A stretch of 63,751 nt of DNA, filler included, from Sluysia triapertura (GCA_046118255.1; 5 parts of 5 records of this genome joined end to end with filler, not necessarily neighbours in it); one strand, 5' to 3'; positions 12,740 through 27,006 are shown, numbered from the whole stretch's first letter. Notes: generated from the sequence alone by a model not told the origin. Program-made: numbers and translations.

Positions 12740-14002
12740 GTTGCAAATTGTAACAATTGTATTCGAATCGAACATTCACTTTCTCTGATTATCAATAATG
12801 ATTTAAAGAGTAGTCCAGCTATTAAAATAAAGGTCGATTCTATTCTGAAAGAAATATCTGATGAATGTTATAATATAGCTCAGTTATGGTAAGAATTATG
12901 CATTTTATGTACTAGGTTGAAACATTAAAAATTTCATTTCAACTACATTTCAACTAAATATTAATTTTAAATGTTTCAGGGCATCTCTTAAAATCTATGT
13001 TGATAAGATTGTGAAATTTTGGTTATTTGGAGATAGTATTGAAAAAGATTTTTTGCAGTCGATACCACATGAATTATTTGCGAAATTAAATGTATTTATA
13101 CTTGAACTGGATAAAAAAGATGCCAGAAATTTACTGATATGCATTCTGACACAATGCATGATAAGGTATGTCAGGATGACTCCGATTACTATAGAGTTTT
13201 GAACGCAAGTAGTGTAGAATAAGAGTATTTGACGCAATGTTATACGTGTTTTCTGTTGCAAAACGAACATATCTGAGGTGAATAAGCACGAGGATGAACT
13301 CTATAATGATTATAAAGTGTTAAGAAAGATCTATGGCCTGTCAGGTGACAAGTAACAATGATAACATAAATCTGCTTGTGGCAGAGGAATGCGGTATTGT
13401 AGTGGTGTGTCATACAAAAAATGCAAAATTTTAAAGACGCAATTAATTTCATATTTACTTCTGACATTTAACTTAAAAGAGTTACGTCATGACTTAAAGC
13501 TTGCGTAAAAACCCGTACGATCAATTGAATGTGGTCTAGCAAATTTGTTCAACAACACTTTCAGAATGTTACGTTCAAAATTTAACAAAGAAGGATTGTG
13601 AACTATGTTGTGATCTATAATCCGCAAGTCATTAAGATCTTGGAATTCATTTACGAACACAATGAAATACTTAAATTGACGTTTACACCATCATACTTAA
13701 ATTCTAACAAAAACGAGTTTAATTTTGCATAAATAATTGTAACATAAATTAGCAGTATATGGTTAAACTCAGTGTTGATCTAATAATTAAAAATTAAAAT
13801 TATCAAAGCATTAAACACATAAAGTACTAAAAAGTGACCAATAAGGTCATGTTTCTTTAAAATAAAAATAGAATTTACTTATTTTTCAATTACTTACATT
13901 GTCTCTTCAATAATTAAAATCTTTTCAATAAAATCTTTAAATGATAGAAAATTATATATTTCGAAAACGTGTTTTTATTTATATTTTCATTATAATTTGT
14001 GC

Positions 14003-14049
<47 letters not shown>

Positions 14050-16732
14050 TGATGATGATGATGATAATAATAATGATGATGATTATAATAAAATAAAGTA
14101 CTAATTTGTAATAGTAAAAATTTGTTTCATTCGATAAGAATAGTAATTTGATTTGTAAAATTTTCTTGTGTAGAGTTTAGAATTCTTTTGAATTGTTGTG
14201 TAAGTGATCTAGACTTTGAAAATAGTTTTAAATGTCTTACAGAAAAGAAAGCTAAATTTGAAACTAAGAAAAGTCAAATTAAAATGAGATAAAAAATAAA
14301 AATAATATATTGTTTCTTGATTTTTTTGTCTCATTACAAAAGATTAACATTAGTCAATTAGTACATGCAGCAGCAAAGCTGATTCAATTCTATCAAATAT
14401 GAAAAATTACGAGAAACTTTAAATATTATATGACTTAGGGTAGGAGCGGCATAAAAGAATTCAAAAGAAATTCCTTACGTATTGAAAGATGAGCACATCA
14501 ATAAACGTTTAAAAATATTTAAACATCTTAGTCAAAATTCTAATGATATCCGTTTTTTAAATAAGTCACATTTGTCCATAAAGAGTTGATTTATTTCAAT
14601 AATCTGAATCTAACGAAACAATGGTTAAGAAAAAGAGGCAGGAATTTCACTGTGTTTAATGGCAAGATTATGTTAATCAATCTCAGTTTAAAATTATAAA
14701 GTGATTCTATAAATTCCATTTTCTTCGTAACACTTAGACCATTAAAATTAAAGATTCTGAGTCAAATTTCTTTCATTATTTAATGGAAGCTTGCTAAAAT
14801 TTAAACAAGGTATATCTCGGTGAAACAAAATATTCGATTTATCACATTATTCATATGGTTATGATATTGCACCACTAAACTATCACTTTTATAGAACAAT
14901 GAAACATTTTTCAATATGAAATAATTGGTCACATAGAGGGTGCTAAAAGAAGATCATAGAATGTTTTGACTCTAAATGTTTCTCGAATAAATCAAGAAAT
15001 CTATAATTCGATGACTACTTGTTTTAGTATTTATTTTGAGTTTCAATATATCATTAATGTGTTTTTGTTCTTAAATTTAAGATTAAAACATTAATTATAC
15101 CAGTTAATTATGTAGAAGATTAATGTAATTTATAAATGTATGAAAATAAATACTATTATGATTATTATTACTATTATTTATTTATTTATTTATTTTACAG
15201 TTTAGATTTTATTACGGAATCTGTTTTGATGTTTTTGAGACCAACATTTATGAAGATACTTAGTCAAGAATGGTAAAGTTGAATATTTTCCTGTTTTTAA
15301 ATTTATGTATAAATTAGGATAGAAAAAGATTATCGTGTTATTGATTACATTTTAGGAACTTATGATGATTATAATAACACTTTTATATATTTAAAACCTA
15401 AAGCGCAATTTCGTCTTGTACGCTCTATTATTCGAAAAGTCGTTGTCGAATATATTAAAAGTTTTTTAATAAGGTAAATCAATTATTAAGTTTTTGATCT
15501 AAATTTAATTATACTTATATTAAAATTTATTAAATATATTTCAGAAATGTGTCACTTTCATCGAATAATTTAAAAGCTGTTGGAAATATTATGTTTTATG
15601 AAGCTGATAAATTAGCTGAATATTTTCGATTTAAACACAATGTGGATGAAAAATCATTAGAATGTATAGATGCTATTAAAATGATATCCCAGATGTTTCT
15701 GAATTCTGATAAATCAATGTTAAGTCTTGATGTTGGAGTAAGAATAAATTTTTCATTTGAATTACTTATTAAAATAAAATAAAACTGTTCAAAATGTTTG
15801 GCTTTTATTTAGTATTAAAGAAATATAATTAAAATTTGAACATATTCGTCGCAAAGATTGTAGACCATTGTTCGGATCATCTTTAAAATCTGATCATTTG
15901 GTCACTGAACCATTTTCGTCTTTTCAAACATACTTATCTAGGTACGTTTATAAATTTGCGTAAAATTTTGTAGAAAGAAATCAATAAGAATAGTTAATAC
16001 GTAATAGATAATTGACAAGTGACGGAGTTTTATTTTATATTTAACAATTGAGACGTTTTAATTTAAAATTAATTTTAACATTACTTTTGTGACTAGCTAA
16101 ATAGTGTTTGTGTCTCAACTGCTTATTGCATAATATGTTTCGCAGGCAGCCTATAGAGATTTCTGTAAGAATTGCTTCATTCTATGTGGTCTAGCATGTT
16201 TTTTTAAATTTTTAGTTAGAGAGGTGTTAAAATAAAAAATTTAATACAAGTAATACGATATCTAGAAACAAAAAATAGCTCGTAAGACTTAAACTATTTT
16301 TAGTAGTAACGATTACTATTTAACATATTTTCAACTGTGTTAAATTCAAACATTTCTTTATTGGACTTAAATTATTTTAAATATTTAAGAAAACAACTAA
16401 AGACATTCAATCCATGTACATAGGGACTGAACTAGATAATGAACTTTTTCTGGTTGAATCATTTTTGATTCAACACGAAATAAAAACGTAACACAATATA
16501 CCTGGAAATGTCACGCACTATTCTTAGTTTCAAAAGCATTGTTTTTCAGGTTTCTGAAAGCTAATAATACTAGTATTTGTCAAGTTTTACTTAATTTTTA
16601 AATGAGTCAAGCTATTAAAAATAAGTAATTTATATTTAGACATTGGTGAAGAAATTTCCAGATATCAGAAAAGATCAGATGGTAATACTATTGATGTTAA
16701 GAGGTGATATGAAGTTAGCTGAGGCTAGAGAG
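12740..16732 (+). CDS. EXOC3: Exocyst complex component 3 (Sec6), C-terminal exons: 12740-12888, [12980-13165], 15201-15272, 15318-15473, 15545-15737, 16640-16732
   Basis: GT-AG exons in compatible phases give VANCNNC..., W...TYDDY...RKVVVEYIKSFL, MLSLDVG|TLVKKFPDIRKDQMVILLMLRGD. These match Sec6 motifs (NNC, VVVEYL, LEVxTLVxKYPDI, LLxxRGD). Partial gene. Confidence 0.8.
14003..14090. repeat. (AAT)n/(GAT)n compound microsatellite
   Basis: Direct read. Confidence 0.95.
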
Positions 16733-16906
16733 GTTGAGAATTTTGTTTGAATTTTATTATTTCTTTATTTTCGCATTTCCTTAAATTCGATTTAAAATTA
16801 TTACTGGATTTATTTCTCACATTTAAATTTTGACATTAGAAATTTATGTTAAAAACAACACATAATAAAATAATTATGGTAATTATCTAACAACAACAAC
16901 AACAAC

Positions 16907-16946
<40 letters not shown>

Positions 16947-16957
16947 TATTAATTATA

Positions 16958-17468
16958 CCAAAACAGAAAAAATGTGTTTCTCGATGATCATGGTGTTAAG
17001 CTGCTACCCTGGCCTGGAAACTCTCCAGACATGAATCTCATAGAAAATCTGTTGGAGATTGTCAAAAACAGGGCTTCTGCCCGTAAAACAACCAGCAGGA
17101 CGGAACTTACTGAAACCCTGATAAAAGTATGGCATCGCGATGCCCAAATCTCATTCGTGACATGCCTTTAAGAATTAGAAAATTATTGATAACAAAGGAG
17201 GGAATACAAGGTACTGATACAACAATTTGTACGTATTTGTACGTTATCATTCTGTATGAATAAAATTTCTGTATGTTTTGGATCTCCGTATTTTTATCTA
17301 TTGTTTTACTTTCACCAGAATGTTTTGAAGAAAGTAGTTATTTTCTGACATTTTATATTTTCCGTGACAACTGTCGGTAAATGGCATGTATTTATATACT
17401 TTTGCGATTAATAGTTTCACAGTATCTTTAAAAAATGGTCTTTAGTCTAATAATTTGTCCACATTTGT
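16958..17468 (+). mobile_element. Tc1-like DNA transposon, internally deleted (C-terminal transposase)
   Basis: ORF 16974-17171 contains WPGNSPDMNLIENL. Right TIR TTTAGTCTAATAATTTGTCCAC. Homologous to 39912-40425. Confidence 0.85.
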
Positions 17469-19099
17469 ATATTTTCACTTTTATTATATCTAATTATTTA
17501 TCAATTTTGATTTGACGACGTTAATTATCATAGATTTTATATGAGATATTCGTTTAACTGCGTCTTTAGTTTTGATAAATATTCAAAATATGGTTCTGGT
17601 TCAAAATTCAATAGTTAATAAAAGTTAAATAAAATTCTGTTATTTTATTTTGAATTTGAATTTTCTCGTTGACAGTCTTCTAATGTCAGAGAGCTTGGGA
17701 TATTTTAATTATAAGTAATTTTAGTATGGAAATATAGGCTTAATATTATAAATTGAATTTGTTGCGAAGAGCATTGTAGAAAAATATCTGATTTTTTTAA
17801 ACTGCAAAATTTTAAATAAATAAGTTGAAGAAATTTACAACGAAGTTTTAAAATGAAAAATGAATCTAAACGAATTTTCTCTAATTAACTTCTGGAAACA
17901 TATTATTTCACTGTGACTATGTTGAATCATATTAAACTCAGAAACGATTTTATCTTAATTTTTCTTCAAAAGTGCATCTAACTCATAAATTCTTGAATTT
18001 CACGTGTTATTAAATGATATATTGAATCTATTTTAATTAAATATAATGATATTGTAGGTCTCTTAGTTATAATTTTAACTTTTAACGGTATTTGAGCTCA
18101 TAAACATCTTTTATGAGATGTTTAGAATTAAAATGTTGATCATTAATGACAGGCATATTTGGAGTTACATCTGGAACTTTTTTTACGCTTATATTTTGCT
18201 GGATTTTGATTGTTTCGCGATATTCGTCCAGATCTGTTAAGAAATTGTTTCAATTGCTACGATTTTCGTTTCATTTGTACTTACAAATTGTGCTTGGAAG
18301 ATATTTGAGTTAACTCGATGATGGCCCTAAGTAACAAAATAACTAACACTACCATATAATCATAGCAAAATCATCCTAAATTAATGTGAATATAACTTTC
18401 AAACTAATTTGAAATATTTTAGGTTTTTAAAACATTAATATTTGTCAATTTTTCACTTATATGGCTTAACTAGGATAAGAATTGCTGAAAAATCCGTTTG
18501 AGATTTTTCGAAATTTTATTTTTAGATTTTTTATTTTTATTTGATCAAAAATAAACTACTGAGAAATAATTATCTTTGATTTTGATTTTATTTTATGATT
18601 AAACTGACAATTTATTTTTGTGGCTTATTGTTATGTCTTTAATTAAATTAAATTTAAAATCTTTAATTAATTATGAATTTATCTCACATTATCTTACGCA
18701 AATCATTAGAACTTTCTTCGAGAATTAGACCAACAATAACAACTTTGACAATTACATGGTACGCCTGTCAAACTTTATTATGTAAAAAACATAAGAATTG
18801 ATTAATGATAAACAATTGTTTTTCTTTACTCTATTCGATCTATTTTTACTTAAATTACTTCTCACGTTAAAGTAACTGTCATTAATATTGTTAACTTAAT
18901 AATAAAAATAATGAACTTAAATTTAGTTTTAAGAATTCGATTTATCTTCAGTTTATCACACCTAATTTTCTAATGGAAGATGATTAGAATTCTTTCTCTC
19001 AAATAGACCATTCCACAAACATTTCAAATTTATTTGTGGATTCTCCTTTTTCACAACAATAATCTCTATTCATTTAATTATCTTTTCATTTTAAATATG

Positions 19100-19800
19100 A
19101 AAAATTCAACATTCTATAATTGAGAATTAATTAAAATCGAACTTTGCTCAATGTTAAGGCTTTCCTTTCATGATTCAATCAAATCATATCTTCAAAAAAT
19201 CTTTTTAAAACAAATACATCCACAACTTTTACATAACATTTGTCATTCAAACGCTATTCACTAAAACTTAATTTTTCTTAATTAATTTAGTTAAGATTTT
19301 AATTAATTAATCCATTTTCTATACTTAATTTTATTTTATGTTGGAAGGTTTTATTAAGGTTCTAAATGCGTTTAATACTTTATAAGTCATTCAGTAGGCT
19401 CTAGGATGCGTTCTGAATCCATTTTCTCCTTTATGTTAATTATTATCTTTAATATTATGAACAATAATTTTGTCTTAAATATTCTATAGATCTCCAATAT
19501 TTCACCATGTCACACAAAGATTTTAAATATTCTTAAATGGTCTGAAAGTTTATAAGTCCAAAGATGCTTCAACGCCTCATAACGTTGGCCGAACCGTTCC
19601 AAGATATTCTTCAATTTCCAAAGTGACTACAGATGTTTTCATCTTCATTTTTCTTATTCCAACAATGTTTTATCATACCTAACCCATCATTTTATAAGAG
19701 TTCCTACACACTTCTTTTGCCATAGTTTGACAATCCCAACATTAACCTAGATTACCAAAACGTTATAACTGCCTTTGTCAAAATAAATTCTTTAAGAAAA
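19100..19800. repeat. Unclassified dispersed repeat (~700 bp)
   Basis: Collinear with 55730-56460 (e.g. AGGTTTTATTRAGGTTCTAAA, TCAG.AGGCTCTAG, CAATCCCAACAT). Partial inverted copy at 23880-24269. Confidence 0.7.
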
Positions 19801-22386
19801 CCTTGTCTTAAGCGTTGATTTTAATGTTACTAAATTCTACTGTTTTAGTATAAAATATGATTCGCAAAGTGCCTATTTCGATTTGTTTTCTTTTCAATGT
19901 GTAGACCAGTTCAAATTGAATATCGCCGTCTAAATAAAGTAGAAATTCTGCTTTATGAATTTAAAATAGAATATTAAAATAAAAAGAATGGAGTTTATTA
20001 TAATGATCGAAAATATATTTTACTGTCGCGTTCGTGTTTTTATCAAATTATTACTATAAATATAATTATTATAAACTGTTATTATAGTTTGCTGATGGCT
20101 TTCGATACGCTAATTCGGATGAACACAACAACTTATTCCAAGATATTGCTGCTTCTATGAATCGAGCATAATATCAATAAAGTTTTGTGTTGAAACTGTC
20201 ATTATTACTAATATTATTCAATTTTTAATACAGTACTTTATTTTTTTGGTTTTCGAGGGTATTCAAAGTATTACTATATTTATAACAGGCTATAGTAGAG
20301 CTGTTTAGTTTTGTTCATTTTCAATGTCTAAGTATAATTAAATTTTCGTCCAGTATAGATATAAAAAATGTAGAGAATCGACAATTTAAATGTAGCATTA
20401 AAAAATAAATAATTTTGTATTACATTGTGCATATGAGTAATCGATAACTTTAAGGCAGTTATGATATTAAGTAAGAAATTAAGGATATTCTCAAATAAAT
20501 ATCCAAAACAGATTTCGCTAGTAAATCATGAAATAGGTGGATTTATCTTAATTTTAGGTATGAAGGAAGTTTGCAGAAAATTAAATTAGCTTGTATCTTA
20601 GAATTAAAAAATAATAATTATTCATGAACTATTGTAATCGACGAAAGTTATTAAATTTTTACAGCACATAAGAATCTGCGGATAAGTTTGATTTCAAATT
20701 TCATCTACTGAAATTACTGAAACTGATAAGTGTAGAATAAAAATATTTAATCTATTTAAGGAATTATAAGATATGGTTTTAAGTTGTTGAAATGAGAATT
20801 TAGAAAATATACATGATCGAATTTTGAATTATCAATATTAATAATTTTATTGATATAATTACGAAATTTATCTGTTTAATTTATTCTTATTACAAAACTT
20901 TAAATTTAAAATCTTCATGCAAAAAAAGTAAATGATATGTATTTATTTTGATTCAAACTAGAATTATTAATAATGTTTTAGCTGGTATGTAAATTGTATT
21001 TCGGATACTTAACTGCCTTATCCATTAATTGTAGGATCCTGAAACGAAGATTATCACGATTAGTAAAAATCTGTATATGAAAATTGTTAATTACTTTAAT
21101 AATTTTGTCCTCCAATTCATTGTGGAACTATATTTCACCTTAAACATCTTGATGCGTAGTATTGGATGTTGAAATGTTGATTGAATTGCCAGAAAATAGT
21201 GATTGAATTAGTCTTTGTATGCGTTGATGATGATAATCATATAAAGATGTATCAGGCTTGATACGGTTTATTTGATAGACTGTGTGATAATAATTGCATA
21301 TTGATAAAAGTATTACTGAATGTCGAGGTATTTGAAATTAACTTAGAATTAGAAGTTTGAGGATGGTATCAGTGGTATTGGTATTGTGATGGCCAACTGT
21401 GAAATTTGACATTTACTTTATTATTTGAAATAAACATATTTATTCATTTTTATGATATTTGTTTTATTATAAATTGTAAATTGTATTTATTCATTTTTAT
21501 TAAATTATTTATTTTAATTATATTAAAGAAATAAAATTAATTTTTAAATTTAATAAATCAGATAAATCATTTAAATTTTTACATTTAATAAAATTAAATT
21601 ATTTAAATTGAATTAAAATTTTACTTTTGTTTGAATAAAGTATTTTTTGTTTAAATGAATTATTTTCAAAACATAGCAATATGGCGACTGCGAATTTTGT
21701 ATTTAAGAATCGGAGATTCAGCAAAATTAACACAAGTCATAAAGCAAAATTATCATCGAAGAAAATTCCAATCTGTTTTCCGTGATAAATAAAGTAAGAT
21801 TTTATTTGATAAGTTTGATCTTCTCACCGTAACTGGAGAAGTAAAATACACTTAATATATTTAATTTGTTTTTACTTAGACCGCAACAGGCTAAGTTAAC
21901 TTTCATTTAAATTCTGTTGCACTAAATCAATAAGATTTAAGTGCTAAACTGCTTATTTTTATTTTCGTATATTTTACTTTTGTTAATATACATTCCAGAA
22001 GTTTGTGACTATTTATTATATAATAAAATCATTTATTATCGCTAGACCGTAATAAGGCTAGCTAAAAATTATAAAATATCACAGAAAGTTTTCTCAATAA
22101 GACGTAAAAGGCTAATTCAAAATCTCTTAAAATTATATTTAATTTCGATAACTATTGAACGTAGCTATTCACATAGTTAAAATATCTTTGTAGTACGTGA
22201 CTTTTCTCCAGTCGAATTACTAATAGACCGCCTTCAACCAGATATAAGACGTTTCTGTTAGGTGGAATCGACTCCAGAGTATCTTTTGCAAGCTTATAGG
22301 ATTAAGGGCCTCTTATTTACAGTGTTTACATGGGCATATAATAAAATCTCTTAAAAGAGGCAAAAAGATTCTTTAACCGTACTTAC

Positions 22387-22693
22387 TGAACGATGTTTTA
22401 CGACTACCAGCTTCTTTTAAACGTTTTTTAACAATAGTACCATTCGTAATTTTAATTGAATTTGATTGTTGAGGATTAATATATATTGCTCTTGTGACTA
22501 AATTATTCAATTCGACAACATTTGGTTTATTGATGTTAGCAATGTTTACAAGTTCATCATCGACAGGCCACATAATAGGTTCTTTATCAATTGATTCAAA
22601 TAATTCTCGAAGATTCTCCGACTTCAAATTTTCACCATCATCCATTTCTTTCAGATTGTTTATAAAATCACTGCATGACATTTTTGGATACAT
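22387..22693 (-). CDS. Arf-GEF exon: Sec7 C-terminus plus start of PH domain (PSD/EFA6-like)
   Basis: KMSCSDFINNLKEMDDGENLKSENLRELFESIDKEPIMW is the Sec7 end. GTIVKKRLKEAGSRKT resembles the EFA6 PH start. AG acceptor next to 22693 and GTAAGT donor next to 22387. Confidence 0.75.
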
Positions 22694-22720
22694 CTGATAT
22701 TGTAAATATGTATTTAATAT

Positions 22721-22879
22721 TGTTGGGGTAAAAGGCCTAAAAGTGCCAAGTAGTATAATTGAATATATTGAAAATGAAAAAGTTAGACGGGGCTGATAGC
22801 TCAGTGGTAGTGCAGTCGGACTGCGCAGACGATGGTCCCGGGTTCGATCCCCGGTCAGTCCATTTTAGGAAGTCTAACG
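22721..22879 (+). mobile_element. tRNA-containing LTR-like element, best-preserved copy
   Basis: TGTTGG...CTAACG termini with TSD ATAT (22717-22720 / 22880-22883). Confidence 0.85.
22790..22862 (+). ncRNA. tRNA-like Pol III cassette inside the element (not a canonical tRNA)
   Basis: Acceptor stem GGGCTGA/TCAGTCC, A box TAGCTCAGTGGT, T arm CCGGG-TTCGATC-CCCGG, followed by TTTT. The anticodon arm does not pair canonically. Confidence 0.7.
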
Positions 22880-24269
22880 ATATGATCAAAGCACAAACTA
22901 AGGTATGACATAAGTTATAATTAAGTGTTAAAAATTGAATTTTTATAGTATTAAAAAATACTTTTATTTTATGAATTTAGTTGCGTGTATTTTATATAGT
23001 TAAAAATTTAACCAAACTTAAAAAACATTAAACTAACGATTAATTAATTCTCCAAATGTTAATAAATCAATTTTTCCCAAATATTAATAGTTAATTATTC
23101 TAATTAATAGTAATTAGAACAATTAATCTTCTTTACATCTTTCAACCACTGTTTGAAATAACTATAAATCAATAAATTTTAAACTTTTATTACTGTGTAT
23201 TTGTATTACTGATTGAAACTATTATTATAGTGCTTTTTAACACTATTATTAGTAATTCTATAATTAAAATATATTTACTATTTAAAACAATATGCTTTTT
23301 AATAATTAAATATAAATATTTTTAACAAATAAATTGAATAATTATCATTTTAAATTTAATAATTATTTAATATTTTTAATAAATACATTATTTTAAATTT
23401 AATAATAATTTAGCATCAATAATATTTTTAATATCAATAATATTTAAAAATAATAATATTTAAAAATAAAATACAATAATATTTAAAGATAATATACCAA
23501 AATATAATATACATATAATTTACATACGTTACAGATAATTTTGGTTGCGTTTTAAGTATTCTAATTTAACTCTACACTAATTTTAAATTCAAAACTCAAA
23601 TTTAAAATAAACTTCAACATAAATTATATTATTTCTACACAGTTAATATAATTTATCAACTGTCACAATAAACATGAATCATCAAGAATAAAAATTAAAT
23701 ATCTCAAAGAAATGCTATTATGCTGTTGGAATTGTCCAGTTAGTGTATAAAAAATAGGTTAAAATGTAAGAGAATTTAAAATATATAAGAAAAGGTGCTA
23801 TAAAATGGCTGAAATGTGATAATATAAACATAATTAAATATTCCTAGAGCAAGAATAATGACTAATAAAATGTTTATAATCATTTCTAAACCGAAGAATA
23901 TCTTGGAGTTCCAAAGACCTTTGGAGGGTTAACTTTTGAATGAGGAATGCTATGCTAAAACTGTAATTGTGTATGTATGTGTTTTAAAGAGACATTTCGA
24001 AAAAGATAAGGTTTGACCGAGTTCATGCAAGAAAAGCCTTAATATTGAGCAAAATCAAATTTTAATTAATTTTTAATTATGGAGTATTGAATTTTTAATA
24101 CTTAGAGTGATGCAAATGTGATGAATGGAATATTAGATTATTGCCATGAAAGAGGAGAATCTATGAGTGAACTCGAAATGTTTGTAAAATGGTTCGTTTG
24201 AGAATAAGAAGCTTAAAACGTTTTTCATTAGAAAATTGGGTGTGAAAAATAGAAAATTAATTAAATAAT

Positions 24270-24369
24270 NNNNNNNNNNNNNNNNNNNNNNNNNNNNNNN
24301 NNNNNNNNNNNNNTTAATTAATTAANNNNNNNNNNNNNNNNNNNNNNNNNNNNNNNNNNNNNNNNNNNN
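24270..24369. other. Artificial assembly spacer
   Basis: Identical 100-bp spacer. Confidence 0.95.
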
Positions 24370-27006
24370 ACAGATATTTTGTGCAATTCAAAATCTATAA
24401 ATAAACTTCATCAATAATGTATTTTAAATTAAATTTACCAGATATCGATACATATTTATTTCTACCAAACACTTACTGCAACATATTTTTCTGGGTGTAT
24501 CACAAATATCATTTTTGCAATATCTAATTTTCATGCGTCATATTTATTCATATTCAGTTGAAATTGTTACAAGTTTTTTTGATAACTGAAACAAAAAGTA
24601 TTCATGTATTTATTGAGTTTGATTTTCTAGCTATCTGGCTATCTTCTACATCCAGATTTAACAATATACTTTTTTGCTACTTGATCAGATGCATGTAGAC
24701 TATATTCTCCTTTATTATAGAATGATGTTGTAATCACTTATAGAATAATATGGTTTTGATTTTGAAGTTAATCTTAACTGGAAAGATGTTTTAAAAGAAG
24801 TATGTTGAATTGTAACGGTTATAATGTGTAATATTTATTAAATTTTGAATAAAGTCTTGAGTAGTTCCAACTAGTTTTCTGCTAACAATGTTGATGTTAC
24901 TCATAAATTAGTAATACAATTATCATTTATCTTTTATTAAGCTTTTATATGTTTTTCAAAATTTAATCATCGTTTATCAATCAAAATACGTTGTTTGATT
25001 AGCTGCCACTTTTGTTCCAAGTAATTCCATCAGATGAACTTTCATTTTAATCTTCTTTTTATTATTTTTTTTCTTTTAGAAGATTTGATAATATTTTCAA
25101 TATCAATGCGCTACTTTCATTACCACTATCATTTATATGTAGATATCTTCATCAGATAGAGTTAACTTTCATTTTCAAAATGATCATTATCTTCCATATT
25201 CGTAAATTTCATTTATTTGGAAATAAATAGACTTTTTTTTATTTATGTAGAATCATTTTGACTCATTTTGATTGGGCCAATATAACTAGGAAAAATGAAA
25301 TCCATAATATAAATCCAACATAAATATTATGACCAATAAATACATAAATATATAGACAGATTAAAGAAACCCTAAAACACGGTATTTATTTCATTTCTTA
25401 TTTTAAAATTCATATTCAATATGGCGTTTTATTAGAAGAATATTGATTTTAAGAGATGACATTTATTCATTAAATAAAATATTAATTAATTAAACAGATA
25501 TGTTTCACATCTAATTTTTAAATAATTGTATGAATCTGAAGATGATTAAAATGATTAAACTTTTTGTTACAGAAATAGTTTTATTTTATACAATTTTAAT
25601 TTGTGATTATTATTAGAGTGTTGCTAGTCAGATCCAGGTTAATATTTAGAACGAAATATTAAATCAATTTGAATAAATGGAGAATAAACATAATTGTAAT
25701 GAATGTATGACTACGTAGAGTCATAAGTTTCATGCCTAGGCATCTTATTTAAAATTTAAATCATTACTACATAAGGAAAATCACAGTTCATAACAAATAT
25801 TACTTTTTCAGACTCATTAAAATTTTAGATACTTTAGATCATTTTAAATTCACAATTTCACAACATTATAATTATACTCAACATCGAAAGTCATCGAATG
25901 TATATCTTAAAGTTAATTTAAAACAATTTTTCAATATTCATATCATTAATATTATTGAAAAGCATTAAAATTACATTTCAAAGTTATTTTAAAACATCAT
26001 TATAATCAAAATGGAATTTCTTTTTTACATTTCTAACTTTATTAATTTCCTTTTTACACTTCTTTTATCTAAGAACTATTAACAACGTTGCCTACAACAA
26101 ATAATTAATAGCATATCCTAATAAGGTTTCATTTTTTTAAAGGATTTTAAAGAAATGTAAGAGGAAACTTATGCATTTTTATTTATTGTTATTTTATGTT
26201 TTAATTTTATATTTAAAGAAGTAAAGAATAAACAATACGNNNNNNNNNNNNNNNNNNNNNNNNNNNNNNNNNNNNNNNNNNNNNNNNNNNNNNNNNNNNN
26301 NNNNNNNNNNNNNNNNNNNNNNNNNNNNNNNNNNNNNNNNNNNNNNNNNNNNNNNNNNNNNNNNNNNNNNNNNNNNNNNNTATTATTATTAAACCTCATT
26401 ATCAACATTACTCTTGATTATATAATCTGTCATTGGTTGACAATTTTAATTAAATAAAATACAAGTCATCTTATTAACTATCAACGAATGACAGTTGCTT
26501 AGTGCAGTAATTTAATTTGATTTAATACCATCGTTGTGATGCCTATTGGCCAATCTTATACGGCAGTATCGTTATATTGTTGTAATGGATGTTTTTATTA
26601 GCCAGCCAATCATAATACTACTATTTCGATTAGTGTGTTGTATGTCTTTTTAAACATTTTGCTTAAGCATTATTTAAAAGTAATTTTATAAATCAATTTA
26701 ATTTCGAATATATCGTAAAATTAGACATTTTCTGTTGGTCAATTAAACCACAATACCGATTTGATAAGAGTTTAACACCATGTTATATTGAATATTACAC
26801 CAGAATAAAAACGTATGATAGATTCGGTGATATTTGTCCACAAAATAATGATTTTAACGAATTGCTATTTTCTAGAGAGCATTTAGATTCTAGTACATTA
26901 TGAAGTAAATCACAAAATGACTTATGCTTAACATCGAATGTATATGTTTCCAATATAAAATAATTTTAAATCAACGAAAAGTATCAACATACCAAAAGAT
27001 CATGAT

